A DNA stretch of 61,053 nucleotides from a virus. Taxonomy: Duplodnaviria; Caudoviricetes. The notes beneath the pieces were generated by a model, which saw only the letters and a program-made list of their open reading frames with translations, was not told the DNA's origin and did not search any database. The DNA lies in IMG/VR virus record IMGVR_UViG_3300032278_004243, positions 1-61,053 of that record. The stretch is one strand, 5' to 3'. Shown here piece after piece: positions 36,294 to 43,939 of this stretch; position 1 is the stretch's first letter; every line of letters starts with the position of its first letter. The position numbers were made by a program, and so were the translations under genes.

Positions 36294-36946
36294 GCCAATG
36301 CCTCGAGCGCTTCGGCAACGCGCGGATTGCGCTTGATGTAGATCGGCAGGTTCCTGATCAGGTGCTTGATCGAACTGTGGTCGCGGCCGAGCCGGACGCC
36401 AATCTGGTTCAGGCTATGCCCGCGCCTGCGCAGCGCCACGGCGATGACGCATCGCGCCTCGACCGCGTCGGCCTCGCGCGATCCGCCAAGCACGTCGGCG
36501 GCCTCCACGCGCAGCATCGGGCCGATCATTGCCAGCATCTGGCGGACAGCATCGGTCGGCGTCGCGGTCCGTGGACCTACCCGGTGCGCCCTGCAGCGAC
36601 TGGTCGTGTTCTTGCTCGTGAGCGGCACATCGCAAATTGCGCACCGCTTGAGATGGGCTTTGCGCGCGGCGTTGTAGCAGGTGAGGCAAAAGCCGGACTT
36701 GTTCTTGCGGCGGTCGTTCAGCCCACTACCGCAGCCACGGCAGTTGCGTTTGTCCGGAGACGGCTCCAGCGATCCGCGCCGCACATTGTCGTTGATGTGC
36801 GGCACACCGATCGGCGGCAGCCCGCGCGCGATCAGGATGCTGTCACGCAGCTTCGCTGATGCGCGCACCGCCTTGGTGTAGTCGCGGAAATCGGCATGGC
36901 GCAGCGCGGCGTTGTCTGCCGCAGCGTAAGCGGGGCGGGGCATCAT
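36290..36946 (-). CDS. Zn-finger plus DnaA C-terminal (domain IV)-like HTH protein
   Basis: CxxC pairs; VLG.SR....V.AR......LR..G.SL.QIG..LGRDHSSI.H. Confidence 0.7.
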   Translation of the reverse strand: MMPRPAYAAADNAALRHADFRDYTKAVRASAKLRDSILIARGLPPIGVPHINDNVRRGSLEPSPDKRNCRGCGSGLNDRRKNKSGFCLTCYNAARKAHLKRCAICDVPLTSKNTTSRCRAHRVGPRTATPTDAVRQMLAMIGPMLRVEAADVLGGSREADAVEARCVIAVALRRRGHSLNQIGVRLGRDHSSIKHLIRNLPIYIKRNPRVAEALEALA

Positions 36947-37284
36947 GCCGCCACCTGCCAGACGTAGCCGACGCCGCGCTGGGTGACGATCGGGCAGGGG
37001 GCATTGATTTCGGCACAGGCATCGCGGGCGCGGTGGATCTGCACCGCCAGCGTGTTCAGGTCCTCGCTTGCACTGACGCGGGCGAGCAAGGCATCACCAC
37101 GCACCGCGCGGTTCGACACGGCCAGTGAATGCATGATGCGCGCCGGGGTGGCGGCCATGCGCAGCGGCCAGCCCTTATAGGTCACCGTGGCCGCGCGCGG
37201 ATCGAGCCTGAAGCCGTCGCGCTCGACAACCTCGTCCTCGCGGAAGTTGTACCCGCAGCAGGGACAGAAGGCGGGCGCGCTCAC
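36943..37284 (-). CDS. OmpR/PhoB-type winged-helix DNA-binding protein with N-terminal CPCCG
   Basis: NTLAVQIHR.R...I.TQRGVGY; GTG start at 37284. Confidence 0.7.
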   Translation of the reverse strand: MSAPAFCPCCGYNFREDEVVERDGFRLDPRAATVTYKGWPLRMAATPARIMHSLAVSNRAVRGDALLARVSASEDLNTLAVQIHRARDACAEINAPCPIVTQRGVGYVWQVAA

Positions 37285-37739
37285 GATACCGCCCTCAGCC
37301 GCATCTGTTCGGTACCGGTGACAAAGGCGTCGGCGGCAGCGATCAGCTCCTTGACCACCGGCAGCGCATCGAGCTTGCCCTTGGGCCCCTTGGCGCGCGA
37401 GACGGCAGCCATCGCATCGGCGAGCAGCGGCAGCAGCTCCGGCGCATCGTCGGCGCCGCGCTCCCACATGGCGGTGTAGGGCCTCATGGCCTCCGGGCCG
37501 AACACCGCGCCCAGCCGGGCCATCGCCTCGTTGTCGAGCGTGCCCTGCTTGTTCCGCGCGCGCTGGATGGTGTTGGGGTGGACACCGATCGCGCCGGCGA
37601 GCTCGATGTCGGTCAGGTCGTGATCGCGCTGAATATCGCGGATCACGTTCGAAAGCGCGGTCCTCACACCATCGGTGGTGGGAAAGCTCCGAAATGGCAG
37701 CGATACTTGCGTAGGCCGGTCAGGCATCTGTTTCACCAT
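37281..37739 (-). CDS. HTH regulator (CII-like position)
   Basis: LTDIELAGAIGVHPNTIQR; downstream of cro. Confidence 0.6.
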   Translation of the reverse strand: MVKQMPDRPTQVSLPFRSFPTTDGVRTALSNVIRDIQRDHDLTDIELAGAIGVHPNTIQRARNKQGTLDNEAMARLGAVFGPEAMRPYTAMWERGADDAPELLPLLADAMAAVSRAKGPKGKLDALPVVKELIAAADAFVTGTEQMRLRAVS

Positions 37740-38114
37740 GGAAAAAGGAAAGAAACCGGGACAGCACAGCGCGCCAACGGGACTGGCGGGGGGTCGTGCT
37801 GTCCCGGCAAGGTGCCGCGCCGGTCGTTTGGGTGTCAGGGGCGCGGAATTCGGACACAGTGATGCTGTGGGGATAGGTCAGCGCATCGGCCCAGGAACCG
37901 GCGAGGCTGACGTCGTCGATCATTGGCGTGGCTCTCGATCATTGAAGCCGCAGAACGGGCCCATCAGCAAACCAGTCAGGAACGCGCCAGCGCAGGCAAC
38001 GAACAGCCAAGCAAAGAGATGCCACGCCATCGGTCAGTGCCCTCCGGCGGCGCAGATTGACTCCGCGCCGCCCTCGGTCATCCTGTGGCTCTCGACACCA
38101 ACAGGAGATTCGAA

Positions 38115-38297
38115 ATGGCCGATGACGTGCGTGTTACAAACTGGCCTGCAGGCGGTTCCCACCAGTCTGTTGCTCTCGAACTGTGGAAGACTTTGCGAAG
38201 CGACCATTTTGACCCGAAACGCACTGTTGATAGTGACATCGCGTTGTTCGGCAGGTGCCTTCGCGCAGTTTTCGGAAAGTCGGACCTTACTAGCTGA
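38115..38297 (+). CDS. Small hypothetical protein (moron)
   Basis: AGGAG SD before ATG 38115; antisense to the early operon. Confidence 0.55.
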   Translation: MADDVRVTNWPAGGSHQSVALELWKTLRSDHFDPKRTVDSDIALFGRCLRAVFGKSDLTS

Positions 38298-38466
38298 TAA
38301 CTTCCCGGACGGCGTCGAGCTTGCGCTTAGCGTCGTCCACGTCCGTGCCGGTGACGAAGGCGTAGAATGCCGCCGCGCGCTGTACGACGACTTCGGCAGG
38401 TATGCCGGGATTGTTAGCAAGGGCGAGGCATTCGAGCGCAACGCGCTGCTCTTCGGGATCACGCAT
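38290..38466 (-). CDS. Small hypothetical protein (58 aa, absent from the ORF track)
   Basis: GAAAGGA SD; MRDPEEQRVALECLALANNPG...; follows cro. Confidence 0.6.
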   Translation of the reverse strand: MRDPEEQRVALECLALANNPGIPAEVVVQRAAAFYAFVTGTDVDDAKRKLDAVREVIS

Positions 38467-38498
38467 ATGTCAGTCCTTTCAATGAGGGGGTGCGCCAT

Positions 38499-38699
38499 CT
38501 ACGCCGCCTCCCCTTGTGTGGGGGCGTCGGGGGTGGGAGCTTGCGCAAGCAGGGCCTGCGCGGCCAGCGCTGTCCGCTTGTCGACCGGCTTGTCGCCACT
38601 CTCGAAGCGAGAGATCGTCGATTGGTGGAGCCCAAGGCGCTCGGCCATCTCGATCTGCGTCAGACCAAGCTGACGGCGAATGTCGCGGATGTTGTCCAT
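38499..38699 (-). CDS. cro: Cro-like repressor
   Basis: Xre HTH IRRQLGLTQIEMAERLGLHQSTISRFESG; divergent from cI. Confidence 0.8.
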   Translation of the reverse strand: MDNIRDIRRQLGLTQIEMAERLGLHQSTISRFESGDKPVDKRTALAAQALLAQAPTPDAPTQGEAA

Positions 38700-38711
38700 G
38701 GCCGCTTTGGA

Positions 38712-38759
38712 TATGCCCTCAGGCATAACTATGCAAGGGGGAATATGCACCCCGGAATT
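38712..38759. promoter_or_regulatory. Right operator: three TATGC-N6-G(C/A)AT(A/T) sites
   Basis: Sites at 38712-38727, 38730-38745 and 38744-38759, between cro and cI. Confidence 0.7.
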
Positions 38760-38793
38760 AGAATTGCCCTCCTCGATCCGTTATGCATCGCGC

Positions 38794-39486
38794 ATGACGG
38801 AAACGATCCTTGCGCAGAACATATCGGCGCTCCGCAGGCATCTGGGGAAAAACCAGACCGAGTTTGCTGAGCTGATCGGCACTCAGCAGGCCAATGTTTC
38901 GAAGTGGGAGTCGAAAGGGGTCGAGCCGACATCCGACTATTTGAGCGCGATGGCGGATTACGCAGGCGTGTCTATCCGTGAGTTCAAATCCGAGTTGTGG
39001 AAGCCGGGAGCCATCAATCGGCCGATAAAGTCTAACGTCTCGACCATCAGGGATTGGGCAGAAGAGCAGGGCTGGGCCCTTGTCGAAGAGGTTGACCTTG
39101 CCCTTGGCATGGGGGCTACGTTTCTAGATCCCAGCTATATTCCGGAAACGAAGGGCCTTGTGCCGTTTAAAGCTTCATGGCTCAGGGACATTTTTCGCGG
39201 ACCAGTCTCACATCTTAAGGTCGTGAGAGGCAGCGGCGACAGCATGGAGCCGACAATCCGCGACGGTGACTTCGTCCTGCTTGATACGTCGAAGCGGCGC
39301 CTCGACGAGCAAGATGTCATCTGGGCAGTAAGCTACGGCGATCTCGGTATGATCAGGAGGCTTCGGCAGCTACCCGGCGGAGGCGTTTCGCTGATGCCCG
39401 ATAACCCGAATGTTCGGCCTATCGACGCCTATGACGGCGAAATGCATATCCTTGGCCGCGTGATCTGGATCGGGAGGCGCATGTGA
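38794..39486 (+). CDS. cI: CI-like repressor (HTH plus S24 peptidase domain)
   Basis: N-terminal HTH; GDSMEPTI.DGD..L.D; I.GRVIW; start MTET at 38794. Confidence 0.88.
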   Translation: MTETILAQNISALRRHLGKNQTEFAELIGTQQANVSKWESKGVEPTSDYLSAMADYAGVSIREFKSELWKPGAINRPIKSNVSTIRDWAEEQGWALVEEVDLALGMGATFLDPSYIPETKGLVPFKASWLRDIFRGPVSHLKVVRGSGDSMEPTIRDGDFVLLDTSKRRLDEQDVIWAVSYGDLGMIRRLRQLPGGGVSLMPDNPNVRPIDAYDGEMHILGRVIWIGRRM

Positions 39487-39767
39487 GACTGATCCTTGAG
39501 GCTTACCGCTGGGTCACGCTGTTCGCATTCTGGGTGTCTTTTTTGTTCTTGCTAGCTCCGGTGGCCGCATTCTTCATGCCTGGCTATCATGTCGAGTACG
39601 GCCCATGGGCGCTGGTCGGCTTTGCTGGCGTGGCTTTCACCTTCGCCACGTCCGGCCTGAACGTGATCGGCATCGCGATCTACGACCAGCTCCGCGCGCT
39701 GACGACCGAGGCCGAATATGCGCGCACCGAGATCGCCTACCTGCGCGAGGAGCTGCGGGGGCGCTAG
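39483..39767 (+). CDS. Two-TM membrane protein (possible superinfection exclusion)
   Basis: Two hydrophobic helices; GTGA-coupled to cI. Confidence 0.6.
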   Translation: MRLILEAYRWVTLFAFWVSFLFLLAPVAAFFMPGYHVEYGPWALVGFAGVAFTFATSGLNVIGIAIYDQLRALTTEAEYARTEIAYLREELRGR

Positions 39768-40072
39768 TCGACCGGAGGTCGCTCTCGGGCCTGCCGTATT
39801 GCATCGTCGCTGATCGCCATCGGCTTGCGCTTGCGTGGCGCGCCAGCATAGGCCCAGCATACAACGTAGGTCCCAACCAGCACCAAAAAGACGAATGCAA
39901 ACAAGATGGCTGATCGGGTGTCAGCGGTCACGATAGCCCATCCCTTCAATACCCAGCGTTGAAGCCAATCCCGAAAATCGGGAAATGCCGTCGATAAGCC
40001 AACGAGGCCGGCGCCGAACGCAAAGGGGAAGCGGCCCATCGCCGCGCGAATCGTGGGCCAGCGCATGGCCAA
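39764..40072 (-). CDS. Two-TM membrane protein
   Basis: Hydrophobic segments; convergent with the preceding gene. Confidence 0.5.
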   Translation of the reverse strand: MAMRWPTIRAAMGRFPFAFGAGLVGLSTAFPDFRDWLQRWVLKGWAIVTADTRSAILFAFVFLVLVGTYVVCWAYAGAPRKRKPMAISDDAIRQARERPPVD

Positions 40073-40174
40073 AGGTTATCTGCGGTCGCGGCATTGCCAA
40101 CCCCACAAACCCATTTTCCTACAAGCCCGCCGGTCGTCATGATCGGCACCGCGACTATACCTGATAAAAAAGAA

Positions 40175-40220
40175 TATGCACACAGGCATTTTTACGCTTG
40201 TAAATATGCCTAGAAGCATA
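40175..40220. promoter_or_regulatory. Left operator/promoter: two TATGC-N6-GCAT(A/T) sites
   Basis: Sites at 40175-40190 and 40205-40220 in an AT-rich gap; TTGTAA -35-like hexamer at 40198. Confidence 0.7.
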
Positions 40221-40270
40221 TAGACCGTTTCCAACAGCCGGACACGCTCCGGCCAGCTTGGAGACCCCCG

Positions 40271-40456
40271 ATGGCCATTCACGCCGACTTCGACACCAGC
40301 ACCGCGACCGAGATCGGTTGCGATCTGCTGGCTGGTGCCAGCGACATTGTCCGCTTCGACGGCGCCACGATCTCGTTCCGCAACGACGCCGATCTGGTCC
40401 GCCTGTTCGCAGCGGACGGCAACCGCGCCGATGCCCTGACCGGGGAGGCGCTGTGA
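40271..40456 (+). CDS. Hypothetical protein
   Basis: GGAG SD; first gene of the accessory operon. Confidence 0.55.
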   Translation: MAIHADFDTSTATEIGCDLLAGASDIVRFDGATISFRNDADLVRLFAADGNRADALTGEAL

Positions 40457-40833
40457 TGCACAGCTACCCCGGCACCGAAGTCTATACCGGCCCGCGCCGC
40501 GATCCCGTTGCCGCGCTTGGCCTCGCGCACACCGTCCGCCGTAATACCGCTTGGCCGCAGTCGCCCGCCAACCTCGTCGGCCCGTTCCGCCTGACCACCG
40601 AGCGCGCGGTCGATCTCGCCGCCATGTCGCCGGCGGGCCGCGATCTGGCGCTGCAGGACGCCTACAACCTGTACCTGATCGAGCGTGACCGGCTCGAAGC
40701 TGGCGCGCTGATCTGGCGCCGCTGCGCCTCGACCCTGATCGCCCGCCGCTGGGATGCGGAAGGCGCTGCGTTCATGGTCGAAGCCCGCGCCGAGTTCGAG
40801 CGCGCGCTGGCCGATGTGCGGGAGGCGGCGTGA
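40456..40833 (+). CDS. Hypothetical protein
   Basis: TGATG coupling; start MHSYPG. Confidence 0.55.
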   Translation: MHSYPGTEVYTGPRRDPVAALGLAHTVRRNTAWPQSPANLVGPFRLTTERAVDLAAMSPAGRDLALQDAYNLYLIERDRLEAGALIWRRCASTLIARRWDAEGAAFMVEARAEFERALADVREAA

Positions 40834-41036
40834 TGGCCGACCTTCTCCAGCAGGCCCGCGACATTGCGGCGGATCAGTACATCCGTTTGCAGATGAAAAA
40901 CCCCAACTCCAATCACGGCGCGGCCTACTGGGGCGCGCATGTGCAGGCCTACGCCGGTCACCTGCGTTCGGGCAGCTTCGACAGCAACCTCGAAGTCCAG
41001 ACCGCGCTCGCCGCTCTTCGGAGTGTCGCAGCATGA
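40830..41036 (+). CDS. Hypothetical protein
   Basis: Coupled to neighbours. Confidence 0.5.
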   Translation: MMADLLQQARDIAADQYIRLQMKNPNSNHGAAYWGAHVQAYAGHLRSGSFDSNLEVQTALAALRSVAA

Positions 41037-41293
41037 ACGGCGGCACCGCACAATGGTCGCGCGTTCTCGACGCCGCCGCCGCCGAACTGATCGCCAAGAC
41101 CCGCGCTAATGCGCAGGCATTTGACGAACTGGGCAAGCCGTTCAGCCGCGACATTGCGCTGAACTTCGCCGCCGAGATCGAGGCGGGCGCACCCGCTGGC
41201 CTGTACCGGCACTGGATCAATGAGCAGGGCGCGCGGGTCGAAGGCATTCGCGGCGCCAACGCGGCCCGGATGTGGGCGGGAGGACACCGGTGA
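41033..41293 (+). CDS. Hypothetical protein
   Basis: ATGA coupling; start MNGG. Confidence 0.5.
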   Translation: MNGGTAQWSRVLDAAAAELIAKTRANAQAFDELGKPFSRDIALNFAAEIEAGAPAGLYRHWINEQGARVEGIRGANAARMWAGGHR

Positions 41294-41466
41294 TCGACAC
41301 CTACAAGCGCCTGCACCGCCAGGAACAGGAATCACGCGCTGCCGCCGGGCTAGAGCCGAGCAAGTTTGGCCCGCTCACCAGCCTCGTAATCGGCTGCATC
41401 CTAACGCTGGCAAGCTGGCTCGCCATCTTTGCCATTGTCGCCTTCATTGGAGCCCTCATGTCATGA
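41290..41466 (+). CDS. Small membrane protein
   Basis: GGAGG SD, GTG start, C-terminal TM helix. Confidence 0.5.
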   Translation: MIDTYKRLHRQEQESRAAAGLEPSKFGPLTSLVIGCILTLASWLAIFAIVAFIGALMS

Positions 41467-42116
41467 CCGACATCCCGACCTATACCGCCGCCAAAGCGGA
41501 GCGCCTGATCCGTGCCAAGAAGGTGACTGGCGAATACCACGTCACCGGCTCGCTCTACCTCAGCGGCTGCGACCTGTCCGGCGTCACGCTGCCTGCCAGC
41601 GTCGGCGGATGGCTCGACCTCAACGGCTGCGACCTGTCCGGCGTCACGCTGCCTGCCAGCGTTGGCGGCTCGCTCGACCTCAGCGGCTGCGACCTGTCCG
41701 GCGTCACGCTGCCTGCCAGCGTTGGCGGCTCGCTCTACCTCAGCGGCTGCGACCTGTCCGGCGTCACGCTGCCTGCCAGCGTTGGCGGCTCGCTCTACCT
41801 CAGGGGCTGCGACCTGTCCGGCGTCACGCTGCCTGCCAGCGTTGGCGGCTCGCTCTACCTCAGGGGCGCGAAAAATCCCGATCCCACGCAGTGGTGGCAA
41901 GAAAACGGTGAGGCTACGCGCCGTCGCTGCATCGCTGTCTGCCCCCGTGATGGTTATGCGCTGGTCCAGACTGACACCGATCGATTCAGCGCCGGGTGCC
42001 GCAGTGGCCTGACGCGCAAGCAGGCGCTGGCGCATTGGAGCCGTAAGGACGCCCGCGCGAAGCTGTTCACGGCGGCTATACTGGCGGCGGTGTTGCCGGA
42101 AAGCGTGGCGGTATGA
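41463..42116 (+). CDS. 20-aa tandem-repeat (LRR-like) protein
   Basis: Repeat unit GSLYLSGCDLSGVTLPASVG, about 5.3 copies. Confidence 0.75.
   Translation: MTDIPTYTAAKAERLIRAKKVTGEYHVTGSLYLSGCDLSGVTLPASVGGWLDLNGCDLSGVTLPASVGGSLDLSGCDLSGVTLPASVGGSLYLSGCDLSGVTLPASVGGSLYLRGCDLSGVTLPASVGGSLYLRGAKNPDPTQWWQENGEATRRRCIAVCPRDGYALVQTDTDRFSAGCRSGLTRKQALAHWSRKDARAKLFTAAILAAVLPESVAV
41547..41867 (+). repeat. 60-bp tandem repeat, about 5.3 near-identical copies
   Basis: Units start at 41547, 41607, 41667, 41727, 41787 and 41847. Confidence 0.95.
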
Positions 42117-42352
42117 CCCGCGCGTCCTACATCCTGATACATCAAAGCCGCGCCGGGACCGCGTTCCCGCCGGTTCGCGGCGTCCCCAGCATGGAGGAAT
42201 GGGCACGGCTCCGCGCCGCCCGCCAGCCATGGTGGAAGCGTCTGTTCGCGCTCCCCCGCGCAGCCTCGCCGAAGCCCCACGGTGCGCGCCCGTCCCACAT
42301 CGAAGCCGTCGAGGCCGGTTTCGATAACGGGGTCTCGTCCGATGCGGAATGA
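42113..42352 (+). CDS. Hypothetical protein
   Basis: ATGA coupling. Confidence 0.45.
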   Translation: MTRASYILIHQSRAGTAFPPVRGVPSMEEWARLRAARQPWWKRLFALPRAASPKPHGARPSHIEAVEAGFDNGVSSDAE

Positions 42353-42740
42353 GGCCACTCCATATGCGGATCAGGCTGTGCGCCCCGTCGCTGTCGCAGG
42401 CGCTGTCGACGTCACCCGGCCTGCAGAGGGCTACTACCGCTTTCGTCTCCGCTCCGGTTCGGTCTTCGGCGGTGTGCGCATTTGGTACGGCGCGCCGTTG
42501 GACCCGGTGACGGGTGAAGAGCTCGACCGTTCGTGGCGCTGGCAGGCGCAGTTCAACGGCGAACCGATCGATCTGGACCGCGTCTGGCCGACCTGCGCGG
42601 GCGACCCGATCACCGAGGACGAATACCGGACCTACTGCGCCCGCCAAAGCTGGGCCGCGCAGAACGCGCCGCGCAGCGCCTACGCCGACCCGCGCAAGCG
42701 GATCGATCCCCTTTCCATCAACGACCCCCAACTTTTCTAG
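42342..42740 (+). CDS. Hypothetical phage protein
   Basis: GYYR.RL..G....VRIW...P.DP.TGE.LDR; coding-like codon bias. Confidence 0.6.
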   Translation: MRNEATPYADQAVRPVAVAGAVDVTRPAEGYYRFRLRSGSVFGGVRIWYGAPLDPVTGEELDRSWRWQAQFNGEPIDLDRVWPTCAGDPITEDEYRTYCARQSWAAQNAPRSAYADPRKRIDPLSINDPQLF

Positions 42741-42757
42741 CCGAGGAGCCATCTGAC

Positions 42758-43567
42758 ATGGGCATTACCACCGCACGCAAGCTCGATGACGAGGCTCTCG
42801 CCCCGGCGCCGCGCGATCACAACAAGCCGCCGCTTGAAGAGCTCATCCCGCTCGAATTCCGCGAGCAGCTGACGTCCGAGCACCCTGACTTTCTGCAGCT
42901 GGTCGATAACCGCTGCGGTGTCGGTGACCGCTTCAGCGAGGGCTACCAGACCGGTGAGGCCGACCGGGCGAAGTGCGTCGATCAGGACACCTACGAGCGC
43001 TGCGGCAAGCTGGCGAAGAAGCTTCGCGCGATGGAGCAGCACGTTGAGGCGACGCACACCGTTGTGAAGGCCCCGTACCTGCAGGGTGGCCGTCTGGTCG
43101 ATGCCGAGAAGAACACACTGCTCGGCCGCATCAAGGCGGCGCGCGAACGGGTGATGTCTCACATGGAAAGCTACCTCGAAGCCGAGCGGAAGAAGCAGCG
43201 TGAGGCCGAACTGGAGCGCTTGGCCGAACTGCAGCGGCAGGAAGAGGAGCGCCAGAAGGCGGCCGAGTTGCTGCGCCAGAATGGCATCAGCGAGGAAGTG
43301 CTGCCGGTCGCTCCGCCACCCCCGCCGCTTGCTGCGCCGGCGCCGCTGGCCGGTCCGGTTCGCACCGACGGCGCGACGATCTCGTCCGGCATCGAGTGGC
43401 GCTCGCAGGTCACCGACTACGCCAAGGCCTTCAGGAAGGTGAAGGACGACGCGACCGTGCGCGAGGCGATCGACAAGGCCATCCAGCGGTTCGTGAAGGC
43501 GACCAAGGGCCAGGTCGCAATTCCCGGCGTCACCATCACCGATCACGCCCGCGCCAGCGTGCGCTGA
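42758..43567 (+). CDS. Coiled-coil recombination-associated protein (Gam/Gp157-like position)
   Basis: HN.PP; K.PYL.GGR.VD; C-terminal IPGV.I; upstream of the RecT-like gene. Confidence 0.6.
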   Translation: MGITTARKLDDEALAPAPRDHNKPPLEELIPLEFREQLTSEHPDFLQLVDNRCGVGDRFSEGYQTGEADRAKCVDQDTYERCGKLAKKLRAMEQHVEATHTVVKAPYLQGGRLVDAEKNTLLGRIKAARERVMSHMESYLEAERKKQREAELERLAELQRQEEERQKAAELLRQNGISEEVLPVAPPPPPLAAPAPLAGPVRTDGATISSGIEWRSQVTDYAKAFRKVKDDATVREAIDKAIQRFVKATKGQVAIPGVTITDHARASVR

Positions 43568-43611
43568 CCCGCGCCGCTCTCCCAGCCACCGAACAAAGCA
43601 GGAATACCGCC

Positions 43612-43917
43612 ATGCAGTACGTCAAGTGCAAGTTCCGCCCGTCCGACACCAGAACCTACACCTACCAGTGGAACGGCGAACCGCTCCGGAAGGGCGATGT
43701 CGTCAAGGTCGCTGACAATCGCGACCCAGCCGCATGGAAGCGCGTGTGGGTCGAAGAGGTCACCGACGAAGCGCCCTCGTTCGCCTGCAAACCGATCCTC
43801 GGGATCTACAACCCCGATGCCGAAGCGGCGGACCTGCCGGCGGCTGCCGCGACGCCCGCGAAGGCGGACAGGTCGGACTGGATCGGCGACCTACTCGGCG
43901 ACGAAGCCGAATTCTGA
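43612..43917 (+). CDS. Hypothetical protein (SH3-like)
   Basis: V.CKF......YTY......L..GD.V.V...F.CK.I. Confidence 0.6.
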   Translation: MQYVKCKFRPSDTRTYTYQWNGEPLRKGDVVKVADNRDPAAWKRVWVEEVTDEAPSFACKPILGIYNPDAEAADLPAAAATPAKADRSDWIGDLLGDEAEF

Positions 43918-43939
43918 CCCCTCATTTCAACCGGAGAAA

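Noticed and set aside
37720-38030. Small minus-strand ORFs (37720-37923 and a 36-aa hydrophobic ORF at 37920-38030) or a structured RNA upstream of the CII-like gene
   Set aside because: Plausible coupling, but too short and motif-free to support; no convincing RNA fold
41547-41867. Possible CRISPR array
   Set aside because: Head-to-tail 60-bp units without unique spacers, in frame within a CDS; no cas genes
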